Below are positions 25,681 through 38,949 of a DNA stretch of 64,000 nt, one piece after another. The notes beneath the pieces are model-generated. The model saw nothing but the letters and a program-made list of their open reading frames with translations. It searched no databases and had not been told where the DNA came from. Source of the stretch: Ylistrum balloti. Taxonomy: Eukaryota. A program made the translations under genes and the position numbers. How positions within the stretch are numbered: position 1 is the first letter of the stretch; every line of letters begins with the position of its first letter. The stretch is taken from positions 496,001 through 560,000 of the forward strand of contig NW_026782145.1 in the NCBI RefSeq assembly GCF_031769215.1. Direction: 5' to 3'.

Positions 25681-26399
25681 CATCTTGAATTGGTTTTCTT
25701 ACCTAGGAAAGTAATACGGATCGTTGTTAATAAACAAGTGTTATAATTGATTACTTATATACCACCACACGTTGATACTGAGTCTAATTCCAGTTTATGA
25801 CGTCATAAAGGTGTTCTGTCTCTATAAGCAAGTTAAACAAACCTATTGATCTCGGTTGTTCAGAGATTGGTTAGAGTTAATCAGTGGTAAGTAAACAGTT
25901 GAAACCGATACCACTGAAAAACCAAGGACTTCCAATCAAATCTGACACACGACAATATCAACCCTATCTGTCTTTACAAATCAACAATGGTGAAGTGAAA
26001 AACAATGATGTCAATGTTGTTAATTCTTATTTGAAAAGTTTCCCAGACCACCAGTTTACTTAAACCAAGCTTTGAGTAATTGGGGCCTGGCTGCTGTGAT
26101 ATGTTAGTGAAGTCAGCTATTGGCGACAGAACCAGGAACACTGCTGCCATTTAACGGCGATTATCAGAGATAATAACTGACTAAGTCTATTTATGGAACA
26201 TTGTCTTTTTAGCTTACAGGGAAATTGAGTTGTTTTTAAGGACATGGAAATGCCTCTCCTCAAATATTAGATGTTTCTACTGATGAACGGTCGTGGGAGT
26301 GTGTTTACTGTTGTAGGTAAATTAAAAACAAAGAAAAAAATATCGAAAACGTATGTTGCTAACATCTGTCAGTTAATGTGATCCGGAAGATTTTGATCT

Positions 26400-27020
26400 G
26401 AAGTACGACGAGAAAAGCTGGTCGAGCTGACGGAGATCGAGTGACGAGAAAGTCTGGTCAAGCTGAATGAGATCGAGAGACGAGAAGGACTGGTCGAGCT
26501 GAGGGAGATTGAGGGACGAGAAAGACTGGTCGAGCTGGCGGAGATCGAGGGACGAGAACGACTGGTCGAGCTGAGGGAAATCGAGGGGCGAGAAAAGCTG
26601 GTAGAGCTGACGGAGATTGAGGGACGAGAAGGACTGGTCGAGATGACGGAGATCGAGGGACAAGAATGATTGGTCGAGCGGAAAGAGATTGAGAGACGAG
26701 AAGGACTGGTCGAGCTGACGGAGATCGAGGAACGAGAAGGACTGGTCGAGCTGAGGGAGATTGAGGGACGAGAAAGACTGGTCGAGCTGAAGGAGATCAA
26801 GTGACGAGAAAAGCTGGTCGAGCTGACAGATATTGAGGGACGAGAAAGACTGGTCGAGCTGACGGAGATCGAGGGACGAGAAGGACTGGTCGAGCTGACG
26901 GAGATTGAGAGACGAGATGGACTGGTCGAGCTGACGGAGATTGAGGGACGAGAAGGACTGGTCGAGCTGACGGAGATCGAGGACGAGAAAAGCTGGTCGA
27001 GCTGACGGAGATCGAAAAGT
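26400..27020. repeat. GA-rich minisatellite, 36-bp unit (ctggtcgagctgacggagatcgagggacgagaagga), 17 copies
   Basis: Units parsed one by one; 1-bp deletion in the unit near 26981. Confidence 0.96.
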
Positions 27021-27729
27021 CTCAAAACGCCAATCTTTGGTTAGGTTCACATTTTGATTTGGACACATAATTTTGGTCAGTCACGCTTAACGCTTGAATG
27101 AATTTCTTTTCATTTTAGACATGGGTTATCACACTGTTTTAACTTAACGTACAATGTAATGTTCCTCTCAGAAGTCACTGTCCGATTGTTATTGATAAGA
27201 CAATTAATATGGGTCATGGGGTGAAAAGATTCTGTCATATAAGTTTTGAGTTAAAATGTAAAGTTCTTATATTCAAATACACACATTACATTTCATTTCT
27301 CTGAAAATGACGTATCCTAGATATCGTCGTATGAAAGGCAACACCGAGCAAATGAACGTGTCTGTATAATCTGAGCTAGCTACCTGTATAATTACGCTTC
27401 ATTGACCATTTGTAACGTCAGTAAGGATGTCGATGAAATTTTCTGTGGCCTGATGCTAACTGACCTTTTCCTGAAAAGGCCTTTCATGCAATGACCATCG
27501 TACTGATGATATAGAAAGGCGTAACATCTGACAGTCGACCGTTCTACTATTCACGGAACAAAATCCTTCATACATAATTAATGGCATTGATATCTAATTA
27601 ATACATCGGATAATGACTTTGACCTGAAAAAAAGATTGACCTTGATATTACTTCTTTTGGAATTATTGAACGAGTTTGAGACCTCGTAATCAATTCAGTA
27701 GCGATGATGTATAGATACAGGACTGGCGT

Positions 27730-28595
27730 TTGTCCAAAGAGCGGCCCGATTTACAAAGGATGTCTACAGGACGGTCCGAAGCACAAATGATATCATGTTG
27801 ACAGTGCAATTTACAAATAATGTCTAGAGGACCCCCAACTCTCAAATGATGTCCAATTGACGCTCAGATTTACAAATGATGTCCAGGGGATCATTCAGCT
27901 CACAAATAACCAGAGGACGAAGAAACTCAAAACTAATGCAAAGAGGATGTGCCGACTCCCAAATGATGTCCAGAGAACAGTCCGACTCACAAACGATGTC
28001 AAGAGAACAGCATGATTGACAAATATTGTCCTGAGGACATTCTGACTCACAACTGATGTCCAGAGGATAGCCACACTCACAAATGTTGTCCGGAGGACAG
28101 TCCGACTCACAAATGATGTCCTGAGGACAGTCCGACTCACAAATGATGTCCAGAGGACAGTCCGACTCACAAATGATGTCCAGAGGACGGCCCGACTCAC
28201 AAATGATGTCCAGAGGACAGGCCGACTCACAAATGATGTCCAGAGGACAGACTGACTCACAACTTATGTCCAGAGGACAACCCGACTCACCAATGATGTC
28301 CAGAGGACAGTCCGACTCACAAATGATGTCCAGAGGACAGTCCGACTCACAAATGATGTCCAGAGGACAACCCGACTCACAAATGATGTCCAGAGGACAG
28401 TCCGACTCACAAATGATGTCTAGTGGACAGTCCGAGTCACAAATGATGTCTAGTGGACAGTCCGAGTCACAAATGATGTCCAGAGGACAACCCGACTCAC
28501 AAATGATGTCCAGAGGACAGTCCGACTAACAAATGATGTCCAGAGGACAGCCCGACTCACAAATGATGTCTAGAGGACAGTCCGACTCACAAATG
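27730..28595. repeat. Minisatellite, 30-bp unit (gtccagaggacagtccgactcacaaatgat), ~21 good copies plus a degenerate 5' part
   Basis: 10-aa period MMSRGQSDSQ in ORF 28143..28529; an in-frame TGA lies just upstream (~28122). Confidence 0.95.
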
Positions 28596-29269
28596 AGGGC
28601 CACTGGGATAAACCATAAACAAAGAGTTCGATCTAGCGTTTCTCTGTAAGTAATAAAGCTTAATAATAGCCTCTCCAAACGGCTGGTAAAGTGACGGTAC
28701 GGTCTCCCATTACCGACAAAACCAGCAATCATGTAGAGCCATGCTTTCACTAAAATGTTTTCTTTTGGCATGTGATTAAGAAATACGAAATATTTGAACG
28801 TATGAGAGAGATTTTGATAATAATCTAATTTTACCAGAAATCATCAGTTTGAGACTAATGCATTAAACACTACGTGCACGTGACGGTGATAGGTAGGCCC
28901 GCCGTCAGAGGGCGTGTAGAGCGAGACCAAGCTGTTATCAGGGCCAATGAGTGCCTCTCTTACCGTCACTAATGATAGTTTCTCATGGGCAATGGCGGAC
29001 AGGTGCGCATTAAGCCGACTCGGACCCGTTATTATGACGTCCACTCGGATTTAGTGAGATGAAATGGGAACGTGTCCAACATTCGGATAAAAGAATGACA
29101 AGGACGGAGGAAAGTGTCAGAAACTATATACCGACGAGAGAATGGTCATATTGGATCACGTCATATTATCTAAAATAACGTCATACACCGTCACATCATG
29201 GTTTTCCCGCCATCTTAAAATCACTTCTTGTACTCTAACACGTCAAAATCACTTAAATTCACTTCATAA

Positions 29270-30060
29270 CCATTAAAGTGAGATCTAGCCATCATAGCCA
29301 CTAAAGTCACATCTAGACCTTCCAGACCACATCATAACCACTAAAGTCACATCTAGACCTTTCAAACCACATCATAACCACTAAAGTCACATCTAGACCT
29401 TTCAAACCACATCATAACCACTAAAGTCACATCTAGACCTTTCAAACCACATCTAGACCTTTCAAACCACATCATAACCACTAAAGTCACATCTAGACCT
29501 TTCAAACCACATCATAACCACTAAAGTCACATCTAGACCTTTCAAACCACATCATAGCCACTAAAGTCACATCTAGACCTTTCAAACCACATCATAGCCA
29601 CTAAAGTCACATCTAGACCTTTCAAACCACATCATAACCACTAAAGTCACATCTAGACCTTTCAAACCACATCATAACCACTAAAGTCACATCTTGACCT
29701 TTCAAACCACATCATAACCACTAAAGTCACATCTAGACCTTTCAAACCACATCATAACCACTAAAGTCACATCTAGACCTTTCAAACCACATCATAACCA
29801 CTAAAGTCACATCTTGACCTTTCAAACCACATCATAACCACTAAAGTCACAAATAGACCTTTCAAACCACATCATAGCCACTAAAGTCACATCTAGACCT
29901 TTCAAACCACATCATAGCCACTAAAGTCACATCTAGACCTTCTAGACCACATCATAGCCACTAAAGTAACACCTAGACGTCTAAAGCCACACTGTAACAA
30001 CCAAAGTTACATCTAAACCTCCAAGGCCACATCAGAACCAAAAGCGTCATCATTAGACCT
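29270..30060. repeat. Minisatellite, 40-bp unit (acatctagacctttcaaaccacatcataaccactaaagtc), ~18 copies
   Basis: ctaaagtcac at 29341 and 29381; degenerate 3' end. Confidence 0.96.
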
Positions 30061-31639
30061 TTTAGGTCACGTCGTTACCACTAAAATCACCATTGGAACT
30101 TTTTTTTTTATCTTATCTTGTTATATTTCTCTACTTGCAGGGAACATAACACTTCGATATTCCTATTGCTTTGTTACCGTGTATTTCTGGTCTATTCCAA
30201 CCAAAAACATTAACATTACCAGCATATGTACTGATATACAAGTGTGATAGAGGATTTTACATAAATACCAGAATTGGATAACTTAATATCTGATTACCAA
30301 ACCACAACGAGGGAATTGAATAAGGGGAGACAACTCGTGCGCTTTGATGTATGTTCCGTCTTAACGTTGTGATCAATGATGGTTTTACGGTGTTTCTAAT
30401 CTGCTGACCGACAAGCATAACTGGATCAGCTTCTACAGCATTAGCACAGTAATATATCGACCACTTTGTGGCAGCAACAATAATTGCGAAAATATTGAAA
30501 TGAATATGCCAATTGACAGAATCTTTCCGAATGTTAAATTATTCATTTTTCACACGTGCAAACCTGATATTACCATTACATGTAATAAAGTTTTAGTTGA
30601 TAAAAACAGAGAATGGAATTGTCGTTGAAATAAAATCGTGACAGAAAAACATAATTTAGAAATTATCATCTAATCCAATTGACGGTAAGCAAGTATGAGA
30701 CTGCCGTCTTGTGTTGAGCGGAACAGTGGACACTTAGATAGACGACTGACTAATTGGGTTAGTGGGCCCTGGGGAAGGAGGCCGAGTAAAACGAGACTTC
30801 TCCTGTCATTACTTTGGAAACAATAATGTAAATTAGTGCTGACGCTAAATATATATTTACTTTTAATGTCTGGCGGTGGGTCACTCGAGCACATCATCCG
30901 ATAGGGGGCGACACTGAAGCGTCGCTCATCCGGTTCCGCGGAGTCACTCTTTAGCAGCAAGAACCATCGGTTGGAAGCGATCCAACTGCCATAAAACGAG
31001 CTGTTTGTATGGATGTTCTCGAGAGTATTGAATGCAAATTCCAGAACAATAACAATTTCATGAAAAATAACAACGATTCATCAATGATGTGTGTAAGCGT
31101 GCGATATAGCCAAACTCCTACCGTCGGGACTAAATACCACTAATTCACATGTTTCATAAAGCTCTCTCTTGATGGGATTAGTACGACTCAGTACACTTGT
31201 ATAAAATACGATATATACCTTTCAATGTGAGATGGGTATGGGTATTATTTTATAAGTCTTTAAATATTTACATTGCAGTATAGGTGATTTGACACATCTA
31301 TGCATGCGTTGCCTGACGGCCGTGTGTTTAAAATGATACAATACTGACAGTTAAAGTGCTTGGATTTTAAACTGTTTTGAATTATCTTAGTCTCTGGCGT
31401 GTAACCTGTTTCTGTCGGGTTCAAATGTTGTATAAAGAAGACATCGCAAAACATGCGCTTTTTTCCACTTCATTGTTTTTAAGGAGGATATGATCAATAT
31501 ACAAGACAAAACATTCAATATTACACACACATTGCTTGTGCCAAAACGGGCTGTAAGACAATTTCAGCTCCAAGTTCTAGATAAGACTTTGTGGTAGTGA
31601 ATGGTTCTGATTCTATACAAAAGTTGTGGTACTGAAAGG

Positions 31640-34600
31640 TTCTGGGTCTAGACAGCAGTTGTTAAAGCGAAGGTATTAAAAGGTTGGAGTTTCAGACAAT
31701 TGTTATAGTTGAGGTAGTAAAAGGTTGATGTTTCAGACAGTTGTTATAGTGGAGGAAGTAACAGGTTGATGTTTCAGACAGTTGTTATAGTGGAGGTAGT
31801 AACAGGTTGATGTTTCAGACAGTTGTTATAGTGGAGGTATTGACAGGTTGATGTTTCAGACAGTTGTTATAGTGAAGGAAGTAACAGGTTGATGTTTCAG
31901 ACAGTTGTTATAGTGGAGGTATTGACAGGTTGATGTTTCAGACAGTTGTTATAGTGAAGGAAGTAACAGGTTGATGTTTCAGACAGTTGTTATAGTGGAG
32001 GTATTAACAGGTTGATGTTTCAGACAGTTGTTATAGTGAAGGAAGTAATAGGTTGATGTTTCAGACAGTTGTTATAGTGAAGGAAGTAACAGGTTGATGT
32101 TTCAGACAGTTGTTGTAGTGAAGGAAGTAACAGGTTGATGTTTCAGACAGTTGTTATAGTGGAGGTAGTAACAGGTTGATGTTTCAGACAGTTGTTATAG
32201 TGGAGGTATTAATAGGTTGATGTTTCAGACAGTTGTTATAGTGAAGGAAGTAACAGGTTGATGTTTCAGACAGTTGTTATAGTGGAGGTAGTAAAAGGTT
32301 GATGTTTCAGACAGTTGTTATAGTGGAGGTATTAACAGGTTGATGTTTCAGACAGTTGTTATAGTGGAGGTATTAATAGGTTGATGTTTCAGACAGTTGT
32401 TATAGTGGAGGTATTAATAGGTTGATGTTTCAGACTGGTTATAGTGGAGGTATTGACAGGTTGATGTTTCAGACAGTTGTTATAGTGGAGGTAGTAAAAG
32501 GTCGATGTTTCAGACAGTTGTTATAGTGGAGGTATTAATAGGTTGATGTTTCAGACAGTTGTTATAGTGGAGGTAGTAAAAGGTCGATGTTTCAGACAGT
32601 TGTTATAGTGGAGGTAATAAAAGGTTGATGTTTCAGACAGTTGTTATAGTGGAGGTATTAATAGGTTGATGTTTCAGACAGTTGTTATAGTGGAGGTAGT
32701 AAAAGGTCGATGTTTCAGACAGTTGTTATAGTGGAGGTATTAACAGGTTGAAGTTTCAGACTGGTTATAGTGGAGGTAGTAAAAGGTTGATGTTTCAGAC
32801 AGTTGTTATAGTGGAGGTATTAACAGGTTGATGTTTCAGACAGTTGTTATAGTGGAGGTATTAACAGGTTGATGTTTCAGACAGTTGTTATAGTGGAGGT
32901 ATTAACAGGTTGATGTTTCAGACAGTTGTTATAGTGGAGGTATTAACAGGTTGATGTTTCAGACAGTTGTTATAGTGGAGGTAGTAAAAGGTTGATGTTT
33001 CAGACAGTTGTTATAGTGGAGGTATTAAAAGGTTGATGTTTCAGACAGTTGTTATAGTGGAGGTAGTAAAAGGTTGATGTTTCAGACAGTTGTTATAGTG
33101 GAGGTAGTAACAGGTTGATGTTTCAGACAGTTGTTATAGTGGAGGTAGTAAAAGGTTGATGTTTCAGACAGTTGTTATAGTGGAGGTAGTAAAAGGTTGA
33201 TGTTTCAGACAGTTGTTATAGTAAAAGGTTGATGTTTCAGACAGTTGTTATAGTGGAGGTAGTAACAGGTTGATGTTTCAGACAGTTGTTATAGTGGAGG
33301 TATTAACAGGTTGATGTTTCAGACAGTTGTTATAGTGGAGGTAGTAACAGGTTGATGTTTCAGACAGTTGTTATAGTGGAGGTAGTAACAGGTTGATGTT
33401 TCAGACAGTTGTTATAGTGGAGGTAGTAACAGGTTGATGTTTCAGACAGTTGTTATAGTGGAGGTATTAACAGGTTGATGTTTCAGACAGTTGTTATAGT
33501 GAAGGAAGTAACAGGTTGATGTTTCAGACAGTTGTTATAGTGGAGGTAGTAAAAGGTTGATGTTTCAGACAGTTGTTATAGTGGAGGAAGTAACAGGTTG
33601 ATGTTTCAGACAGTTGTTATAGTGGAGGTAGTAAAAGGTCGATGTTTCAGACAGTTGTTATAGTGGAGGTATTAATAGGTTGATGTTTCAGACAGTTGTT
33701 ATAGTGGAGGTATTAACAGGTTGATGTTTCAGACAGTTGTTATAGTGGAGGTATTAAAAGGTTGATGTTTCAGACAGTTGTTATAGTGGAGGTAGTAACA
33801 GGTTGATGTTTCAGACAGTTGTTATAGTGGAGGTAGTAAAAGGTTGATGTTTCAGACAGTTGTTATAGTGGAGGTATTAACAGGTTGATGTTTCAGACAG
33901 TTGTTATAGTGGAGGTATTAACAGGTTGATGTTTCAGACAGTTGTTATAGTGGAATTAGTAAAAGGTTGATGTTTCAGACAGTTGTTATAGTGGAGGTAT
34001 TAACAGGTTGATGTTTCAGACAGTTGTTATAGTGGAGGTATTAACAGGTTGATGTTTCAGACAGTTGTTATAGTGGAGGTATTAACAGGTTGATGTTTCA
34101 GACAGTTGTTATAGTGGAATTAGTAAAAGGTTGATGTTTCAGACAGTTGTTATATTGGAGGTATTGACAGGTTGATGTTTCAGACAGTTGTTATAGTGGA
34201 GGTAGTAAAAGATTGATGTTTCAGACAGTTGTTATAGAAGAAGTAGTAACAGGTTGATGTTTAAGACAGTTGTTATAGAGGAAGTAGTAACAGGTTGATG
34301 TTTCAGACAGTTGTTATAGTGGAGGTATTAACAGATTGATGTTTCAGACTGGTTATAGTGGAGGTATTAACAGGTTGATGTTTCAGACTGGTTATAGTGG
34401 AGGTAGTAAAAGGTTGATGTTTCAGACAGTTGTTATTATAGTCAGACAGTTGTTATAGTGGAGGTATTAACAGGTTGATGTTTCAGACAGTTGTTATAGT
34501 GGAGGTAGTAACAGGTTGATGTTTCAGACAGTTGTTATAGTGGAGGTATTAACAGGTTGATGTTTCAGACTGGTTATAGTGGAGGTATTAACAGGTTGAT

Positions 34601-36600
34601 GTTTCAGACTGGTTATAGTGGAGGTATTAACAGGTTGATGTTTCAGACAGTTGTTATAGTAGGTTGATGTTTCAGAGGTTATAGTGGAGGTAGTAAAGGT
34701 TGATGTTTCAGACAGTTGTTATAGTGGAGGTTGATGTTTCAGACAGTTGTTATAGTGGAGGTATTAACAGGTTGATGTTTCAGACAGTTGTTATAGTGGA
34801 GGTATTAAAAGGTTGATGTTTCAGACAGTTGTTATAGTGGAGGTAGTAAAAGGTTGATGTTTCAGACAGTTGTTATAGTGGAGGTATTTACAGGTTGATG
34901 TTTCAGACAGTTGTTATAGTGGAGGAGGTTGATGTTTAACAGTTGTTATAGTGGAGGTAAACAGGTTGATGTTTCAGACAGTTGTTATAGTGGAGGTATT
35001 AAAAGGTTGATGTTTCAGACAGTTGTTATAGTGGAGGTATTAACAGGTTGATGTTTCAGACAGTTGTTATAGTGGAGGTATTGACAGGTTGAAGTTTCAG
35101 ACAGTTGTTATAGTGGAGGTAGTAAAAGGTCGATGTTTCAGACAGTTGTTATAGTGGAGGTAATAAAAGGTTGATGTTTCAGACAGTTGTTATAGTGGAG
35201 GTATTAATAGGTTGATGTTTCAGACAGTTGTTATATAGTTGTTATGGAGGTAGGTAGTAACAGGTTGATGTTTCAGACAGTTGTTATAGTGGAGGTAGTA
35301 AAAGGTTGATGTTTCAGACAGTTGTTATAGTGGAGGTATTAACAGGTTGATGTTTCAGACAGTTGTTATAGTGGAGGTAGTAAAAGGTTGATGTTTCAGA
35401 CAGTTGTTATAGTGGAGGTAGTAAAAGGTTGATGTTTCAGACAGTTGTTATAGTGGAGGTATTAACAGGTTGATGTTTCAGACAGTTGTTATAGTGGAAG
35501 TAGTAACAGGTTGATGTTTAAGACAGTTGTTATAGAGGAAGTAGTAACAGGTTGATGTTTCAGACAAGTGTTATAGTGGAGGTATTAACAGGTTGATGTT
35601 TCAGACAGTTGTTATAGTGGAGGTAGTAACAGGTTGATGTTTCAGACAGTTGTTATAGTGGAGGTAGTAACAGGTTGATGTTTCAGACAGTTGTTATAGT
35701 GGAGGTATTAACAGGTTGATGTTTCAGACAGTTGTTATAGTGGAGGTATTAACAGGTTGATGTTTCAGACAGTTGTTATAGTGGAGGTATTAAAAGGTTG
35801 ATGTTTCAGACAGTTGTTATAGTGGAGGTATTAATAGTGGAGGTTGATGTTTCAGACAGTTGTTATAGTGGAGGTAGTAACAGGTTGATGTTTCAGACAG
35901 TTGTTATAGTGGAGGTATTAACAGGTTGATGTTTCAGACAGTTGTTATAGTGGAGGTATTAACAGGTTGATGTTTCAGACAGTTGTTATAGTGGAGGTAT
36001 TAACAGGTTGATGTTTCAGACAGTTGTTATAGTGGAGGTATTAACAGGTTGATGTTTCAGACAGTTGTTATAGTGGAGGTATTAACAGGTTGATGTTTCA
36101 GACAGTTGTTATAGTGGAGGTATTAAAAGGTTGATGTTTCAGACAGTTGTTATAGTGGAGGTAGTAAAAGGTCGATGTTTCAGACAGTTGTTATAGTGGA
36201 GGTATTAACAGGTTGATGTTTCAGACTGGTTATAGTATTAACAGGTTGATGTTTCAGACAGTTGTTATAGTGGAGGTAGTAACAGGTTGATGTTTCAGAC
36301 AGTTGTTATAGTGGAGGTAGTAAAAGGTTGATGTTTCAGACTGGTTATAGTGGAGGTATTAACAGGTTGATGTTTCAGACAGTTGTTATAGTGGAGGTAG
36401 TGTTTAACAGTTGTTATAGATTGATGTTTCAGACAGTTGTTATAGTGGAGGTATTAAAAGGTTGATGTTTCAACAATTGTTATACGAAAGATAATTTAAA
36501 AGGTTGAAATCTTTTCAGACAGTTGTTATAGTGGAGGTAGTAAAAGGTTGATGTTTCAGACAGTTGTTATAGTGGAGTATATAAAGGTTTGTTTCAGACA
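31640..36600. repeat. Largest array: G/T-rich minisatellite, 41-bp unit (ttgatgtttcagacagttgttatagtggaggtattaacagg), ~120 copies
   Basis: taacagg at 32821 and 32862; variants gtattaacagg, gtagtaaaagg and gaaggaagtaacagg. Confidence 0.98.
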
Positions 36601-37375
36601 GTTTTGAAACTGTCAAAATTGTTATACGAAAGAGAATTTAATTTAAATGCAGCTGTTTGATGAATATCTTGGTTCCATACTTTCCGATTGTTATGCAGTT
36701 TGAAGTATATACTGGCCACAGAAACTTATCAGTAGTTTTTTTTCAGTGCTGGAAGCATTTGGAGACCGTCTCTTGAGAACAGTGGTCAATTATTCTGTTA
36801 TAAACGACGGTCACTGAGTTAGTCCAGATGTCACTAATGTAATGTAGAGACCCAGCTGCCCTTCTGACGTCACGACACAATGGAGATGTTTATTGTTTTT
36901 TTTGTATATCTATCTTTATACTAAATGAATGAGATAAATATACAAGTCTCTGTGCAAGGATCAGTCGACAGGCGAGCCACGGGACGCGCCCCCGCGATAT
37001 AAAAAAACACGGGCACACACACGAATAAGCAGATGATGCTACTGCCCACATATTATTACTCGGCTCTTATGTTTAAAAGGAAACCCCCTCGATTTGTACA
37101 ATAATGTCATAAGTTGTTAATCGAATGACGAGGCAGGTAAAATGATAATAAAATCACACACGAGAACAGTGACTTTAATGGAAGAACTCCTGGGACGTAC
37201 TAAGATATCGCATTGATCAAGGTCACGGTTTAGACAAAAAATCGAAAAGGAACGCACGTGCAGTTGTCAATAATACCCACGCACTCATTTACCCTTAACA
37301 GTAGCCTGTCGACAGAGAAACACCTGTTCTATTATAGAATGTATACACTGTTGTTGTCATGGATATAAGCGGTGT

Positions 37376-37407
37376 GTTGCCATGGCAACTACTGCCTCCT
37401 GACGTCA
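37376..37407. promoter_or_regulatory. Perfect RFX X-box palindrome GTTGCCATGGCAAC (37376-37389) followed by a full CRE palindrome TGACGTCA (37400-37407)
   Basis: Both motifs read directly and match the established RFX and CREB/ATF consensus sites. Function is inferred only. Confidence 0.5.
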
Positions 37408-37847
37408 CCTTAATTACGAACTATAAGAGTTTACGGTATGAGTACAACACCGTCTTGGAAGTGATTTTAAATTGAATTGGAGAAAAAAAATAAAGTAGCT
37501 TTATGCATTCATTTACGGTCGAACTTATTCTGGTTCCGTGTATTGTTACTGGTGTCTCTTCATTTAGTGTACTACAACACACTATCGCCCGTGTACTACA
37601 GACGTGTCCGACTATGAGCACGTGTTAACCACAGAATCAAACTTTAACGTTAGACGACACCAGGCTAGGTTTTGTTCATTTACTCCTAGGTTGAATCAGG
37701 CGAACAAGAGAAGTGAACTGGTACAAACAATAGGTTCATAAGACCTGTATCACTCACCTAGTTTTGTTTTGTCAAAATTCTTGTATCCTACTGAAGAATG
37801 CTTTTATGTCTACTTTAAGTATCGTTTCCCTCGCTCCTGCCAGCAAA

Positions 37848-37889
37848 GTGGTGGTGATGGTGGTGGTGGTGGTGGTGGGGAGGGGTGGG
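37848..37889. repeat. Imperfect (GGT)n microsatellite / G-rich tract
   Basis: gtggtggtgatggtggtggtggtggtggtggggaggggtggg. Confidence 0.9.
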
Positions 37890-37929
37890 TTTATGAGCAA
37901 GATTTAATACCGGATACTGATTTTTCTCT

Positions 37930-38300
37930 CTGTCTATTGATTTTTTAAACCATATTTGGTCAAAACCGCTTTATCATAAAAGAAAGGAAAACGGTTTTTA
38001 AATTTAAACTTCTGTCTCTCATTTTGGGACCTACTAGCTGCCAGACGCTCCGTTTCATACAAAAGTTGAGTTCCATTTACCCAAGGGTGCTTCAGACAAA
38101 AATTGGTAAAGTTCCTGTCATTCATACAGAAGAAGACGACTTTTAAAGCTTCACTTCAGTCAGCCTTGATCTTCAGCCTAAGGTGAATCTGACCCACAAT
38201 TTATACGCTGTTTACCCAATGATGTTTCAAACTAAATTTGAACAAGATGCATACATTTCTACAGAAGGAATTTTTTAAGATAAGCAATGTTTTCCCTTTC
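37930..38300. mobile_element. Relic of two to three diverged ~135-150-bp monomers resembling the internal repeat of bivalve non-autonomous Helentron/pearl-type elements
   Basis: ttacccaagggtgcttc...agaagaagacgactttta (38077) and ttacccaatgatgtttc...agaaggaatttttta (38212). The family assignment is from memory of oyster elements, not from a search. Confidence 0.4.
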
Positions 38301-38949
38301 AGGCACGATTCATTTATATGTTGTTAAGTTCCCTTCACAAATGAGGGCTCTATATATAACCTTAATCTAAATTCTCTCTAGCTCAAAACCATTTACATAT
38401 GGAACATCGTAAGAACTTAGTCATACTTCAGATTAGCGACACATATCAATTCAGACTTATGTTAAGTTCCAGTACTATTCTCAAAGAGAATAAGGTCATC
38501 GATGATTCAGATATAGAAACAGCAACAAGGAGAGTAACTTTCCAATGTAACTCAGCCTTATTAATTATTTTATGTGAATCTGTGTTATATTTGATATTTG
38601 CTCTGTAGATGAGCTTTCCGTCACAGTGACAGACCAGCCATTAGGTATAGGCTCGAATCTCACACATAGCCTTCACCAGCGTACCAGTAACAATTGACTA
38701 GGGTCAGCCACGCGCCTTGACCTTTGTTCCTGGTAACCAGAGTGCAATTAATGGTCAAGATTAGGCATCACAACACGTAGAACTGGACATCAAGTGTCCA
38801 AGGTATCACTGACCATTAAGGCAATTGGGTATCGGTTTTATGTTCTACACCAACTCCACAATTTATGTTTCCTTTGAGAACACTAATATTTTTACAAATG
38901 TCATCAGCTGGAGTGGTTTGTCGTATGTTATAAGGTTGCTTTCGCTCGT

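Noticed and set aside
28143-28529. MMSRGQSDSQ decapeptide repeat ORF
   Set aside because: The same frame has an in-array TGA just upstream and ends in an in-array TAA; the ATG is part of the unit.
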